Source: Candidatus Korarchaeum cryptofilum OPF8 (GTDB taxonomy: Archaea; Korarchaeota; Korarchaeia; Korarchaeales; Korarchaeaceae). Taken from it: a stretch of DNA of 32,000 nt. Below the pieces are notes generated by a model that was not told the origin of the DNA, did no database searches, and saw nothing but the letters and a program-made list of their open reading frames with translations. The translations under genes were made by a program, and so were the position numbers. The stretch lies in assembly GCF_000019605.1 (NCBI RefSeq), contig NC_010482.1:1-32000 (forward strand), in the 5' to 3' direction. Shown piece by piece: positions 7,814 to 16,440 of this stretch (positions are counted from its first letter, which is position 1; every line of letters begins with the position of its first letter).

Positions 7814-9165
7814 TGAAATTCGGAGGTTCAATATTAGAGGGATCGAGGGACTTCATGGAGATTTCAGATTACATCATGGGGCAAAGTGAGAGGAAGGTTG
7901 TAGTTATCTCAGCGATAAAGGGAGTAACTGATTCCCTACTCAAGCTCCACAACTTAGCCGCATCTGGCGATGAAGTTAACACAAACAAAGTCCTATCTGA
8001 TCTAGAGGAGATGCATCTGAGGGTCTGCGAGGAATTGGGGATCAGATGCGATGATGTGAGGAAGGATCTGGATAAACTGGAGAGGATAGTGAGGGGTATG
8101 CTCTACTTGGGGGAATCGACCCCCAGGATAAGGGATCTGATCGCATCGTTCGGCGAGAATCTCAGTGGTAAGATTCTAGCTGGACTCTTAAGGGAAAAAG
8201 GGGTTAATTCAAGGTTCCTCACAGGTGGGGAGGCTGGTATAGTCACTGATGAATGTTACGGAAATGCCAACCCCCTTATCAAGGCCACTAGGATATACTT
8301 AAGGGCGAGGCTCCTGCCCCTCCTCGAAGATACCGTTCCAGTGGTTGCGGGTTTCTCGGGCGTCACTATGCTAGGCAAGGTCACGACGCTAGGCAGAGGG
8401 GGAAGCGATCTGACGGCCGTACTTGTAGGCTCCTCGCTCTCCGCTCGTGAGGTCTGCCTTTGGACGGATGTGGACGGTCTCATGACGGCAGATCCCAAGG
8501 TAGTCAGGGACGCTAGAGTTCTGAAGAATGTCTCCTATCCCGAAGCCATAGAGATGGCTCATTTTGGAGCAAAAAGAATGAATCCAAGATTTTTGGAGCC
8601 GGCAATGCCTACTAAGACTCCAATAAGGATAAGGAACTTCAGAAATAGGGAATGTGAGGGGACCCTCATATCGGAGAGACCATCTGGAAGCGTGGTCAGA
8701 GCCATCGGGATGAAGAAAGGGGTATCCATATTGACCGTCAGGGGGGCTCGCATGGTTGGGAGGCCTGGGATAGCTCATATGCTCTTCAGAGTCCTGGGAG
8801 AGAGCCATATAAACGTTGGGATGATATCCCAATCGATATCCGAGTCGGATATATCCGTATTACTCGATAGTAGGGCAGCTGAGAGAGCTAGGGGTCTAGT
8901 GGAAGCGAGGCTCGGGACTCTCTTCAGGGAGGTATTGATAGAGAGGGATTGCGCAGCTGTAGCGGCGATAGGCTCGGGTATGAGGGGGATCCCGGGCGTG
9001 GCCGCTAGGGTCTTCAGAGCCGTAGCTGAGAGGGGTATAAACGTTAAGATGATAGCTCAGGGCTCATCCGAGCTGAGCATATCTTTTGTGGTGAATGGGA
9101 GTGATGGAGAGGAAGCTGTGAGAGCTCTACATGAGGAGTTCGAGCTCAGCAAGATCGAGGATTAA
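7813..9165 (+). CDS. aspartate kinase with two C-terminal ACT domains
   Basis: MKFGGSIL, GRGGSDLTA and TDVDGLMTADPK motifs, with two ACT-like repeats at the C-terminus. The ATG at 7813 overlaps the hom stop (TGATG). The ORF track's TTG at 7804 is an alternative start. Confidence 0.9.
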   Translation: MKFGGSILEGSRDFMEISDYIMGQSERKVVVISAIKGVTDSLLKLHNLAASGDEVNTNKVLSDLEEMHLRVCEELGIRCDDVRKDLDKLERIVRGMLYLGESTPRIRDLIASFGENLSGKILAGLLREKGVNSRFLTGGEAGIVTDECYGNANPLIKATRIYLRARLLPLLEDTVPVVAGFSGVTMLGKVTTLGRGGSDLTAVLVGSSLSAREVCLWTDVDGLMTADPKVVRDARVLKNVSYPEAIEMAHFGAKRMNPRFLEPAMPTKTPIRIRNFRNRECEGTLISERPSGSVVRAIGMKKGVSILTVRGARMVGRPGIAHMLFRVLGESHINVGMISQSISESDISVLLDSRAAERARGLVEARLGTLFREVLIERDCAAVAAIGSGMRGIPGVAARVFRAVAERGINVKMIAQGSSELSISFVVNGSDGEEAVRALHEEFELSKIED

Positions 9166-9194
9166 GCTTAAATTTTCCATATTGATATTGAGGC

Positions 9195-9267
9195 GCCCCG
9201 GTAGCTCAGTCGGCAGAGCGGCCGCCTTGTAAGCGGCAGGCCGGGGGTTCGAGACCCCCCCGGGGCT
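9195..9267 (+). tRNA. tRNA-Thr (anticodon UGU), no intron, CCA not encoded
   Basis: Hand-folded cloverleaf. Acceptor GCCCCGG/CCGGGGC; D arm GCTC-AGTCGGC-AGAGC; anticodon stem GCCGC/GCGGC with loop CTTGTAA; variable loop AGGCC; T arm GGGGG-TTCGAGA-CCCCC; discriminator T. A T5 run follows, and a TTAAATTTT box sits about 20 nt upstream. Confidence 0.9.
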
Positions 9268-9323
9268 TTTTCCATACTCAACTCATGCCCTCGGGAAGGC
9301 CTCTAAGTTCGTTTAAAAAAGTT

Positions 9324-10079
9324 TTAAAGCTTAAGATAATTTCCAGGTGCTAGATTCGAAGATAACTCCTCAACGCCAGCCACTAGGCCGAATTCCCTAT
9401 TCAGTCCGTTCACCTCGACCTTATTTATGAAAACAGCCCCTCCAGCTTCCTTAACGAGCAACAGGCCAGCTGCTATATCTACTATCCTGAGATCCTCCTT
9501 CAAATCGATGAGGAGGTCTATCTTCCCCTCAGATATTAGGGCGAGCCCCAGGGCTATCGAGCCATAGTCCCTTCTAGCTATTTGCCTGGAGTTGAGATGG
9601 ACTAAGGGATCCGGCTCCTGACAAGGGGCATATATCACTGGAGTTCCCCTGAAACTCCTCACCTTTATCCTACAACCGTTCTTATATGCCCCCTTCCCTC
9701 TCTCAGCATAGTAGAGATCGCCCGAGAATATATTGAGTATAACGGAAGCGGAGAGGTCCTTGATGGAGTTGGAGAGGGAATAAGCTATTGAGATGCATGA
9801 GAAGGGTATCCCTCTATCTGCATTGGAGCTACCATCGATGGGATCTATCAGGATGAGCCCAACATCCTCTCCCTTTATGAAACCGTTCTCCTCGCTCAGG
9901 ATGCTCGGCCTCCTCGATGCTGATGCCCACCTCTCCACCTCGAGCTTTGCAGCTTCATCCACAGCTCTTACGAGATCCCCTCCCTCACTCGCATAATCTA
10001 ACTCCTCATCGGAGCCCAAGTACTCAGTCACGCGATCCTTTATTCTCAGAGAAAGATCTATGAGATCTTCAAGGATCAT
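9324..10079 (-). CDS. suhB: inositol monophosphatase / fructose-1,6-bisphosphatase family protein
   Basis: Metal-binding motifs ILIDPIDGSSN and VDIAAG. Length of 251 aa is typical of archaeal IMPase/FBPase. Confidence 0.8.
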   Translation of the reverse strand: MILEDLIDLSLRIKDRVTEYLGSDEELDYASEGGDLVRAVDEAAKLEVERWASASRRPSILSEENGFIKGEDVGLILIDPIDGSSNADRGIPFSCISIAYSLSNSIKDLSASVILNIFSGDLYYAERGKGAYKNGCRIKVRSFRGTPVIYAPCQEPDPLVHLNSRQIARRDYGSIALGLALISEGKIDLLIDLKEDLRIVDIAAGLLLVKEAGGAVFINKVEVNGLNREFGLVAGVEELSSNLAPGNYLKL

Positions 10080-10088
10080 CTAAGACTC

Positions 10089-10400
10089 TCACCCCAATCC
10101 CTTGGCTTTTAAATCGAACCTCAGCCAATTCTCATAAGAGTCCTTCTCGACCTCCTTCAACCTACTCAGGACGAATTCCCTTATCTCAGAGCTCTCCACG
10201 TATTCCCTGCCCCTGAATTTGCTTTCACATTCTTCAGCTATTTTATCGGCTAACTCAACAGAGGATCCAGCCTTTATCAACGCAGAAACTATCTTCATCT
10301 TGGAGAAGTCCTCCTCCTTCCCGTTCCTCTTCCTCACCTTGGTCAAGGTATCACCCGGCCCCACGTACCGGAGGATACGAAAAACTTTTCTGCTCCTCAT
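10089..10400 (-). CDS. stand-alone ATP-cone domain protein
   Basis: VRKRNGKEEDFSKMKIVSALIKAG...SSEIREFVLSRL matches the ATP-cone pattern found at the N-terminus of NrdR and ribonucleotide reductases. The start is uncertain: ATG at 10400 is preferred, ATG at 10436 is possible. Confidence 0.6.
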   Translation of the reverse strand: MRSRKVFRILRYVGPGDTLTKVRKRNGKEEDFSKMKIVSALIKAGSSVELADKIAEECESKFRGREYVESSEIREFVLSRLKEVEKDSYENWLRFDLKAKGLG

Positions 10401-10434
10401 GCATACTGCCCAGATGGAAGTAGCTGTTAGGGTC

Positions 10435-10815
10435 ATGAGAGTGCTGGGAGAGAGGTTCGTGGAGCCAGAGGATCCACTGCCCGAGAACCTTCAGATAGCG
10501 GTTAATATGAATATAGGGAAGATAGAGAGACAGGGCAATTCTGCTAAGTGCAAATTCGTGATGGATGTCAGCTACATGCCCTCCATAGCTAGGATAACTG
10601 TAGAGGGTAGAGTAATCACCAGGGGCTCCCAAGATGAGATGGAGAAGCTGATCTCAGATGCTAAGGAGGGGAAATTGCCAGCTCCCATAGTTCAGAGCGT
10701 ATATACTGTCGGAACAAGTGAGATAATAATAGTATGCAGATCTATAGGGGTGCCCCCGCCTCTTCCACCGATACCTCAGCCCAAGTCGGAGGAGGGCATC
10801 GGTTACTCCCTTTGA
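10435..10815 (+). CDS. hypothetical protein with a Pro-rich C-terminus
   Basis: Long ORF with ordinary amino-acid composition. I recognise no family. The start was chosen as the third in-frame ATG so that it does not run antisense through the ATP-cone gene; 10399 and 10414 are alternatives. Confidence 0.45.
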   Translation: MRVLGERFVEPEDPLPENLQIAVNMNIGKIERQGNSAKCKFVMDVSYMPSIARITVEGRVITRGSQDEMEKLISDAKEGKLPAPIVQSVYTVGTSEIIIVCRSIGVPPPLPPIPQPKSEEGIGYSL

Positions 10816-11090
10816 CCGCTGAACCAAAAATAGTGGGAGGAGCCCCCGCTTATCTCGGGCATAATAGTGAGCTCATCATCTTGGGATACGGGGGCATCTA
10901 GTCCGCCTTTGGACTCAGCGGAGACTCCATTTATCAGCACTATCATCTTCAGCTTCTCTCCATCAGTTATCAGCTTCCTCACATCCTCGGGCAGTCTCTC
11001 TAGCACCTCTCTGAGTGTAGCCCTTCCTAAATTTAGCTCGATTACTCCTCCCATGATCTCCTTAGGCTTCCCCAGGAACCTTATCCTCAT
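10803..11090 (-). CDS. moaD: MoaD/ThiS-family ubiquitin-like beta-grasp protein with a 12-residue extension after Gly-Gly
   Basis: MRIRFLG...DDELTIMPEISGG matches archaeal MoaD length and C-terminal pattern, but it continues SSHYFWFSGQRE. The ATG at 11090 lies 8 nt after the aor stop and is preceded by GGGGGAG. The longer ORF-track start overlaps aor and was rejected. Confidence 0.7.
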   Translation of the reverse strand: MRIRFLGKPKEIMGGVIELNLGRATLREVLERLPEDVRKLITDGEKLKMIVLINGVSAESKGGLDAPVSQDDELTIMPEISGGSSHYFWFSGQRE

Positions 11091-11098
11091 GCTCCCCC

Positions 11099-12961
11099 CT
11101 ACTCGTTGAGGGAGACCACCCTCTCCAGCTCCGGTATGACCCAATCGAGGCCTAGCCTCCTCAAGGTACTCTTCCTCGGGATACCGTTCTGATCCCATCC
11201 CCTGTTCTCATAGTACCAAGTCAGCATCTTCTCATAGTCATCCCTGTTGAGCTTGCTACCGGCTAGAGGACCCTTAGTCTGAGGCTCCTCGAACCACTTC
11301 GCGGGAGGAGTATCTAAGGACCTGTTCCATCCGCCCTTCTCCCTGACCCAGAACGCCCTCATAAGTGTGTAGATCCTGTTAGCTATTATTTGGAGGTCAT
11401 CCCAACTGTAGTCCAGTCCTGTAGCTGCCTTCAGGAACTTGGGATACCACTCGAGATCATAACCGACCTCTACCCAGGGTAATCTGCAAGCAGCAGCGCT
11501 TTCGAAGAAGCCTCCTCTTACGTTCTGCATCCATATCAGCTTCTTGGCCCTCTCCTCACTAACTACACCTCTGCCCTCCCTTATCTCGTATGAGATGAAC
11601 CAAGCGTCCTTGTGATGGGCGCCTATAGGGCTCGTCCCATAGGCTAGGGCCATCCCTATATACGCGTGGCAATCGTATGCACTTATCTCTAGCCCCTTCA
11701 CATGCATCGCAAACTTCTCCGATCCCTTACCTATCTTATGCGATGCATAAGCCACTCCTTCAGCAAGAATAGATCCGAATCCTTCTTTATTCACTATCTT
11801 CTTGGCCAGTTCCACATAAGCTTGCCCATTCCCCCAATCGAGCTTGAGGCCGGCATCTCCCTCGCTGATTAAGCCCCTCTTCATCGCTTCAGTAGCGAAT
11901 GCTAGCACGCTTCCCAAGCTTATCGTATCCACTCCCGCTTCATCGGCGATCAAGTTGAGAGTGAGGGCCCAATTCATATTATCTATCCCCAAGTTGGGCC
12001 CCAGCATCGCTATGTTCTCGTAATCCACTTCAGTATCTCTTCCCTTGTAGGGACCCTCCTTTATTTCATTTATGTTCCCGCAGGGCATATTGCAATTCGG
12101 GCATCCCTTCTGCCCTATCTTGTATATCTTCTCCATAGCATTGCCGCCCACCTTATCGTAACCATCGAAAACACCCTCACTCATGTTGTAAGTCGGTAGG
12201 GCAGCATTTGCATTCGCCCACTCGACAGTAGCCATCGTCCCCTGCCTCACCCAGAAATCATAATTGTCCTTGGACTTTATGTCTTTGTAAGACTCAGCTC
12301 CCAGCTTCGCTACCTCCTTAGGGTCTGCCAATGGGATCTCCTTGCTTCCCCTTATCACTACAGCCTTCAGGTTCTTCGAGCCCATCACAGCACCTATTCC
12401 CGGTCTTCCGCCCGCCCTTCCCTTCTCAGAAGTTATCACTGCGAATTTCACGAGCTTCTCGCCACTTGGTCCTATGACCAATATCCCGGAGTTCTTCCCA
12501 TACTGCCTTTCGAGCTCTTCCTGGGCTTTGTAAGTATCGAGACCCCATAGATCTCTACCATCCTTTATCTCAACTTTATCATTCTCTATGCTCAGAATAG
12601 ATGGCTTCTCGGCTTTCCCCGATATTATTACAGCATCGTATCCAGCTTTCTTAAGCTGAACGGATGCCCTCGTCCCTATGTTCCCATCCCCGTAGCCCCC
12701 GGTCAGGGGAGATTTAGCGGCGACGACCAACTTCCCGCTGCTAGGCATACTTATTCCAGTGAGGGGGCCCGTGGAGAGTATCAATAAGTTTTCAGGGGAT
12801 AGAGGATCAGTTCCCCGGGGGAGCTCATCCCACAAAGTTTTTACCGCGAATCCTCTCCCTCCCAGGAAGTCCACGGCGACTTTAGGATCTAGGTCCTGGA
12901 CCAATGACTTACCCTTGCTGAGATCGACCCTCAGTAACTTACCGGTCCATCCACCCCTCAT
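11099..12961 (-). CDS. aor: aldehyde:ferredoxin oxidoreductase (tungstopterin AOR family)
   Basis: The AOR N-terminus GGWTGKLLRVDLSKG and the full 620-aa length are collinear with AOR-family enzymes. Confidence 0.9.
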   Translation of the reverse strand: MRGGWTGKLLRVDLSKGKSLVQDLDPKVAVDFLGGRGFAVKTLWDELPRGTDPLSPENLLILSTGPLTGISMPSSGKLVVAAKSPLTGGYGDGNIGTRASVQLKKAGYDAVIISGKAEKPSILSIENDKVEIKDGRDLWGLDTYKAQEELERQYGKNSGILVIGPSGEKLVKFAVITSEKGRAGGRPGIGAVMGSKNLKAVVIRGSKEIPLADPKEVAKLGAESYKDIKSKDNYDFWVRQGTMATVEWANANAALPTYNMSEGVFDGYDKVGGNAMEKIYKIGQKGCPNCNMPCGNINEIKEGPYKGRDTEVDYENIAMLGPNLGIDNMNWALTLNLIADEAGVDTISLGSVLAFATEAMKRGLISEGDAGLKLDWGNGQAYVELAKKIVNKEGFGSILAEGVAYASHKIGKGSEKFAMHVKGLEISAYDCHAYIGMALAYGTSPIGAHHKDAWFISYEIREGRGVVSEERAKKLIWMQNVRGGFFESAAACRLPWVEVGYDLEWYPKFLKAATGLDYSWDDLQIIANRIYTLMRAFWVREKGGWNRSLDTPPAKWFEEPQTKGPLAGSKLNRDDYEKMLTWYYENRGWDQNGIPRKSTLRRLGLDWVIPELERVVSLNE

Positions 12962-13021
12962 GAGAGCACCCGGGGTAGCGGTACTGAAAAGTTAAAAACT
13001 TACTTTACACTGGAGAGAGGG

Positions 13022-13939
13022 ATGCTCGATAATCCGGGAGATGGCATAAAAATAAGAGCCTCTATCGGAACTCTAGCGAGGATCGGAATAGCGCAAGTGA
13101 AATTGGAAGCCTATCCGAGGACAGCTTACCTCCTCCTCCCGGGAGGCTGTTCAGGTAGCTGTCTCTTCTGCCCTCAATGGATCAAGGAATCTCGAGTCTC
13201 AAGGGTGAGCTGGCCGGAGGTGGAATTGGAGTATATTTTGAACGCTCAAATGCTATTTGAGAGGATTTGTATACAATCCGTCCTGAGGAGGATGTTCTGG
13301 GAGGATTTAGTGAAAATTTCGTCACTCTTCGAGATCCCGGTATCCATCTCGACTAACCCGGTGGGGGAGAGGGAGCTCTTGGAACTGAGGAAGAACTCTC
13401 AAATGATAGGGATAGGAATAGACGCAGCTTCAAGCTCGTTATTCGAAGCGATTAGGAGGCCCGGATCCTTCGAATCCTATCTAAAATTCTTCGAGAAATC
13501 CTTGAGGATATACGGTAAGGGGAACGTTTACGTCCACCTGATAGCTGGATTGGGCGAGGATCTGAAGGATATGGTGAAGATCATGTCTTATATATACGAT
13601 AGAGGAGGGGCAGTCGCTCTCTTCGCCTTCACTCCAGTCCCGGGGACCCCGCTTCAGGATAGAGAGCCCCCTCCGATAACTTACTACAGGTTCATCCAGA
13701 TCGTCAATTACTCCCTGAAGGAGGGGATCCCACTCGAGAGGATTGGATCTCTGGATCCCGATGATTATAAGGAGGCCTTTCTGACATCTGGATGTCCGGG
13801 ATGCAACAGGCCCTTCTACAACGAGAGGCCCGGCGGCAAGTTATACAATTTCCCATCTAGGGAGCTCCTGGAGTCGAGATGGGAGGAAGTGAGAGAGGAG
13901 GTGAGGGCATCTCTTGAATACCTCAGGTTTCTTCCCTAA
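13022..13939 (+). CDS. radical SAM protein, BioB/LipA-like small type
   Basis: CSGSCLFC (CX3CX2C) sits near the N-terminus after LLLPGG. TIM-barrel-like periodicity. Length 305 aa. Confidence 0.7.
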   Translation: MLDNPGDGIKIRASIGTLARIGIAQVKLEAYPRTAYLLLPGGCSGSCLFCPQWIKESRVSRVSWPEVELEYILNAQMLFERICIQSVLRRMFWEDLVKISSLFEIPVSISTNPVGERELLELRKNSQMIGIGIDAASSSLFEAIRRPGSFESYLKFFEKSLRIYGKGNVYVHLIAGLGEDLKDMVKIMSYIYDRGGAVALFAFTPVPGTPLQDREPPPITYYRFIQIVNYSLKEGIPLERIGSLDPDDYKEAFLTSGCPGCNRPFYNERPGGKLYNFPSRELLESRWEEVREEVRASLEYLRFLP

Positions 13940-14732
13940 GGGGAAGTTCATAGAGGTCAGCATAACCGGGAGAGCTTGCCAACTGAACTGCCCGATTTGC
14001 GGGGGGAGGTGGCTAGAGGGGATGCTCGGTGTGAATAGACCGGAGGATTTAGTTAAGCTAGGCATTTCTGAGTGGAAGAGGGGGGCCAGAGGGATTCTGA
14101 TAAGCGGAGGATATAATAGAGAGGGGAAACTGCCTATTCAACCTTTCCTATGGGCTATAAGAGAGCTCAAGAGGATCGGTTTCATAATAAGCGTTCATAC
14201 AGGTCCCCTGGATAAGAAGGAGGCTCAGGATCTAGGGAAGGCTGGAGTTGATATTGCAGATTTCGAGTTAATGGATGAAAACTCCGCTAGGATTGCGAAA
14301 GGGCTCAATCTTAGTCTCGAGGATTACCTGAGGGGGATGGAGGACCTCTCGGGGGAGGGGATAGAGGTAGTCCCCCACATAATATTGGGGCTCCCCGGCT
14401 CCAGGGAGGGCTCTCTAGCTGGGTATATCGATATCATAAGGGAACTTAAGATAAGGAGGACCGTCATTTTGGGGTTCATACCTACTCCAGGGACTGAGTT
14501 TTCGGATGAAACAGCCCCAAGCCCTGAGACCCTCAGGAGGGCAGCCGAGGAGTTGAGGAAGGTCTCGAGAGTGAGCTTAGGATGTATGAGGGCTCCCTGG
14601 CTAAAGAGAGAATATGATAGGATGCTCTCGGGCGTAGTGGATAGGATAGCGAACCCTCACAATTCCCTGAATCTGGAGAGAGTTGAAGCTTGCTGCTCCA
14701 TCCCGGAGGAACTCATCGATAGGTTCATCTGA
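13914..14732 (+). CDS. radical SAM protein, second tandem gene
   Basis: CQLNCPIC (CX3CX2C), then ILISGGYN and HTGPL elements. The predicted start is TTG and overlaps the upstream gene by 26 nt, so the start is uncertain. Confidence 0.65.
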   Translation: MNTSGFFPKGKFIEVSITGRACQLNCPICGGRWLEGMLGVNRPEDLVKLGISEWKRGARGILISGGYNREGKLPIQPFLWAIRELKRIGFIISVHTGPLDKKEAQDLGKAGVDIADFELMDENSARIAKGLNLSLEDYLRGMEDLSGEGIEVVPHIILGLPGSREGSLAGYIDIIRELKIRRTVILGFIPTPGTEFSDETAPSPETLRRAAEELRKVSRVSLGCMRAPWLKREYDRMLSGVVDRIANPHNSLNLERVEACCSIPEELIDRFI

Positions 14733-16392
14733 CTAAAGTTATGAGGGCCCTTAAGATGGGGTTCCTGATCCTCTCGGCTAATCCGCTCGTAGGATATAGG
14801 GAGAGCCCCTTCTTAACCCTAGCATCTGATCTCCGCGCTAATTCATCGATCCTATCCTTCAAATCATCTATGGGAATTCCCCTCTCAACCCTATCTAGGA
14901 CGAGTTTATCGAGCTTTATCCTCTCCATGGCTAGCTCATAAGCCTCCTCATCAACGATCCCCTGGAGGTACCTCTCGGCGAGCAATCTCTCATATGCATC
15001 GAGCGATGCCTCAGCTATCTCCCTCCTGTTCATCCATCTGGTCTCATAATTGAGGGACTTCATCCAATGCTCGGAGAGGAGGGCTCTCCTATAATCCTCG
15101 AAATCCCTCAGAGTTATAATATATCCGAAGGCCCCCGGATCCATATAAGCCCTGCTCCCAGGATCGACGAAAGGTGCTAATGGAGAAACGAAAGAATCCA
15201 ATCTCTTAGAAATCTCCCTGAGCTTCCTGAAGTAATCAGCAACAGAGATGGCTTGCTCCCTCCTCTGGAAAGGGAGGCCCACCATGAAGTAAAGGTCGAG
15301 CCTCTCGAACCCCAGAGATTCGGAGTTAGATACCATCTTCTCCAATGATTGGTTCGTGTAGGGTCTCCCGAATGCCCTCCTAATGTCCTCAAAGGGACTC
15401 TCTGGGGATATCTGTAGGTAGACGGAGTGAGAAGTCCTCCTTATGTATCCTAAGACCTCCTTAGATGGTGGAGTGAAGAATTCGAAGATGAGCTCATTCT
15501 CCAGGTCGAGCTCCTTCAGGAGCTTGGATACTCTCTCGACCCTCCCCATTCCACCAATCCTCAGATCACCTACGAAGAATATAGGCATCTTAGATATCCT
15601 CGCTATTCCCTCTACCTCATCAGCTATTGCCTCTGGAGACTTTATAGCGAGTTTCCTCCTCATGTAAGCCCTCTCATATGCGAATCTGGATCCGCCGCAT
15701 GTGATGCAGTTGAAAGGGCAGCCTTTCATCGTTATAACGCCAGCTATAGGGGCCTCATCGAAGGATGCGAAGGGGGAGCTTATAGCGAGATCCCTCGTCT
15801 TCTTGACATTCCTCAGGAGGAACTCATGGTCTATCCCGAATTCATCTAGGGATTCCGGGATCCAGCTCAATGGATTCTCCCTTATTTTTCCTCCATCCTT
15901 CCAAATGATATTCGGGGTCCTCTCAGGTCCCTCCTCTATGTACCTGAGGAGGGGGAGCTCCGCGCTATCTCCGGTTAAGATGGCATCGATGAAGGGGTAT
16001 CTTATCACCTCATACCTGAAGTAGGTGGATGAGAGGCCACCGAGTACGACCTTACTCTCCGGATGAATCTCCTTAATGATCCTAGCAATCTCTATCGCTC
16101 CCTGAGCATGTACAGCCCAGTGAAGATCTATTCCGAAGAGATCAGCCTCTATCCTCTTGATGTACTTCTCAACATCGAAGGAGCGGTCCTTCAACATCTT
16201 CGCGGCCAAGTTAAATATTGCGACGTTGAGACCGTTCTTCTCGAGGTAAGTAGCTAGAGTCAGGAATCCATAGGGCATCATATCGAAGACGTACATGGAG
16301 GGAATTACCTCACTGATCATACTGGCGTAGGATGGGCTCTTCCTGAAGTCATAGACGCTCGGAGGGTGTATGAGAGCGACGTCCAGCTTCAA
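14725..16392 (-). CDS. B12-binding-domain radical SAM protein (class B)
   Basis: N-terminal Rossmann-like domain (VALIHPP...DLFGIDLHW...VVLGG) typical of cobalamin-binding rSAM enzymes, then CPFNCITC (CX3CX2C) at about aa 225. Length 555 aa. Confidence 0.75.
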   Translation of the reverse strand: MKLDVALIHPPSVYDFRKSPSYASMISEVIPSMYVFDMMPYGFLTLATYLEKNGLNVAIFNLAAKMLKDRSFDVEKYIKRIEADLFGIDLHWAVHAQGAIEIARIIKEIHPESKVVLGGLSSTYFRYEVIRYPFIDAILTGDSAELPLLRYIEEGPERTPNIIWKDGGKIRENPLSWIPESLDEFGIDHEFLLRNVKKTRDLAISSPFASFDEAPIAGVITMKGCPFNCITCGGSRFAYERAYMRRKLAIKSPEAIADEVEGIARISKMPIFFVGDLRIGGMGRVERVSKLLKELDLENELIFEFFTPPSKEVLGYIRRTSHSVYLQISPESPFEDIRRAFGRPYTNQSLEKMVSNSESLGFERLDLYFMVGLPFQRREQAISVADYFRKLREISKRLDSFVSPLAPFVDPGSRAYMDPGAFGYIITLRDFEDYRRALLSEHWMKSLNYETRWMNRREIAEASLDAYERLLAERYLQGIVDEEAYELAMERIKLDKLVLDRVERGIPIDDLKDRIDELARRSDARVKKGLSLYPTSGLAERIRNPILRALITLVR

Positions 16393-16440
16393 GCTTTTCC
16401 CCGGGGATCAGGGGTATCTTTATTTACTTAACTTTTCCCC

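Noticed and set aside
9195-9330. tRNA-Thr as an integration site for a mobile element
   Set aside because: There is no integrase gene and no direct repeat of the tRNA 3' half that I could spot downstream. The flanking genes are ordinary housekeeping genes.
10219-10434. Upstream 72 codons of the 198-aa + strand ORF
   Set aside because: This part is antisense to the ATP-cone gene and has Ser/Phe/Leu-rich low-complexity content. Only the part downstream of 10435 looks like a real protein.
11091-11198. 36-codon N-terminal extension of the MoaD-like ORF
   Set aside because: It runs inside the 3' end of aor in another frame. The internal ATG at 11090 has a strong GGGGGAG upstream and yields a standard-length MoaD fold.
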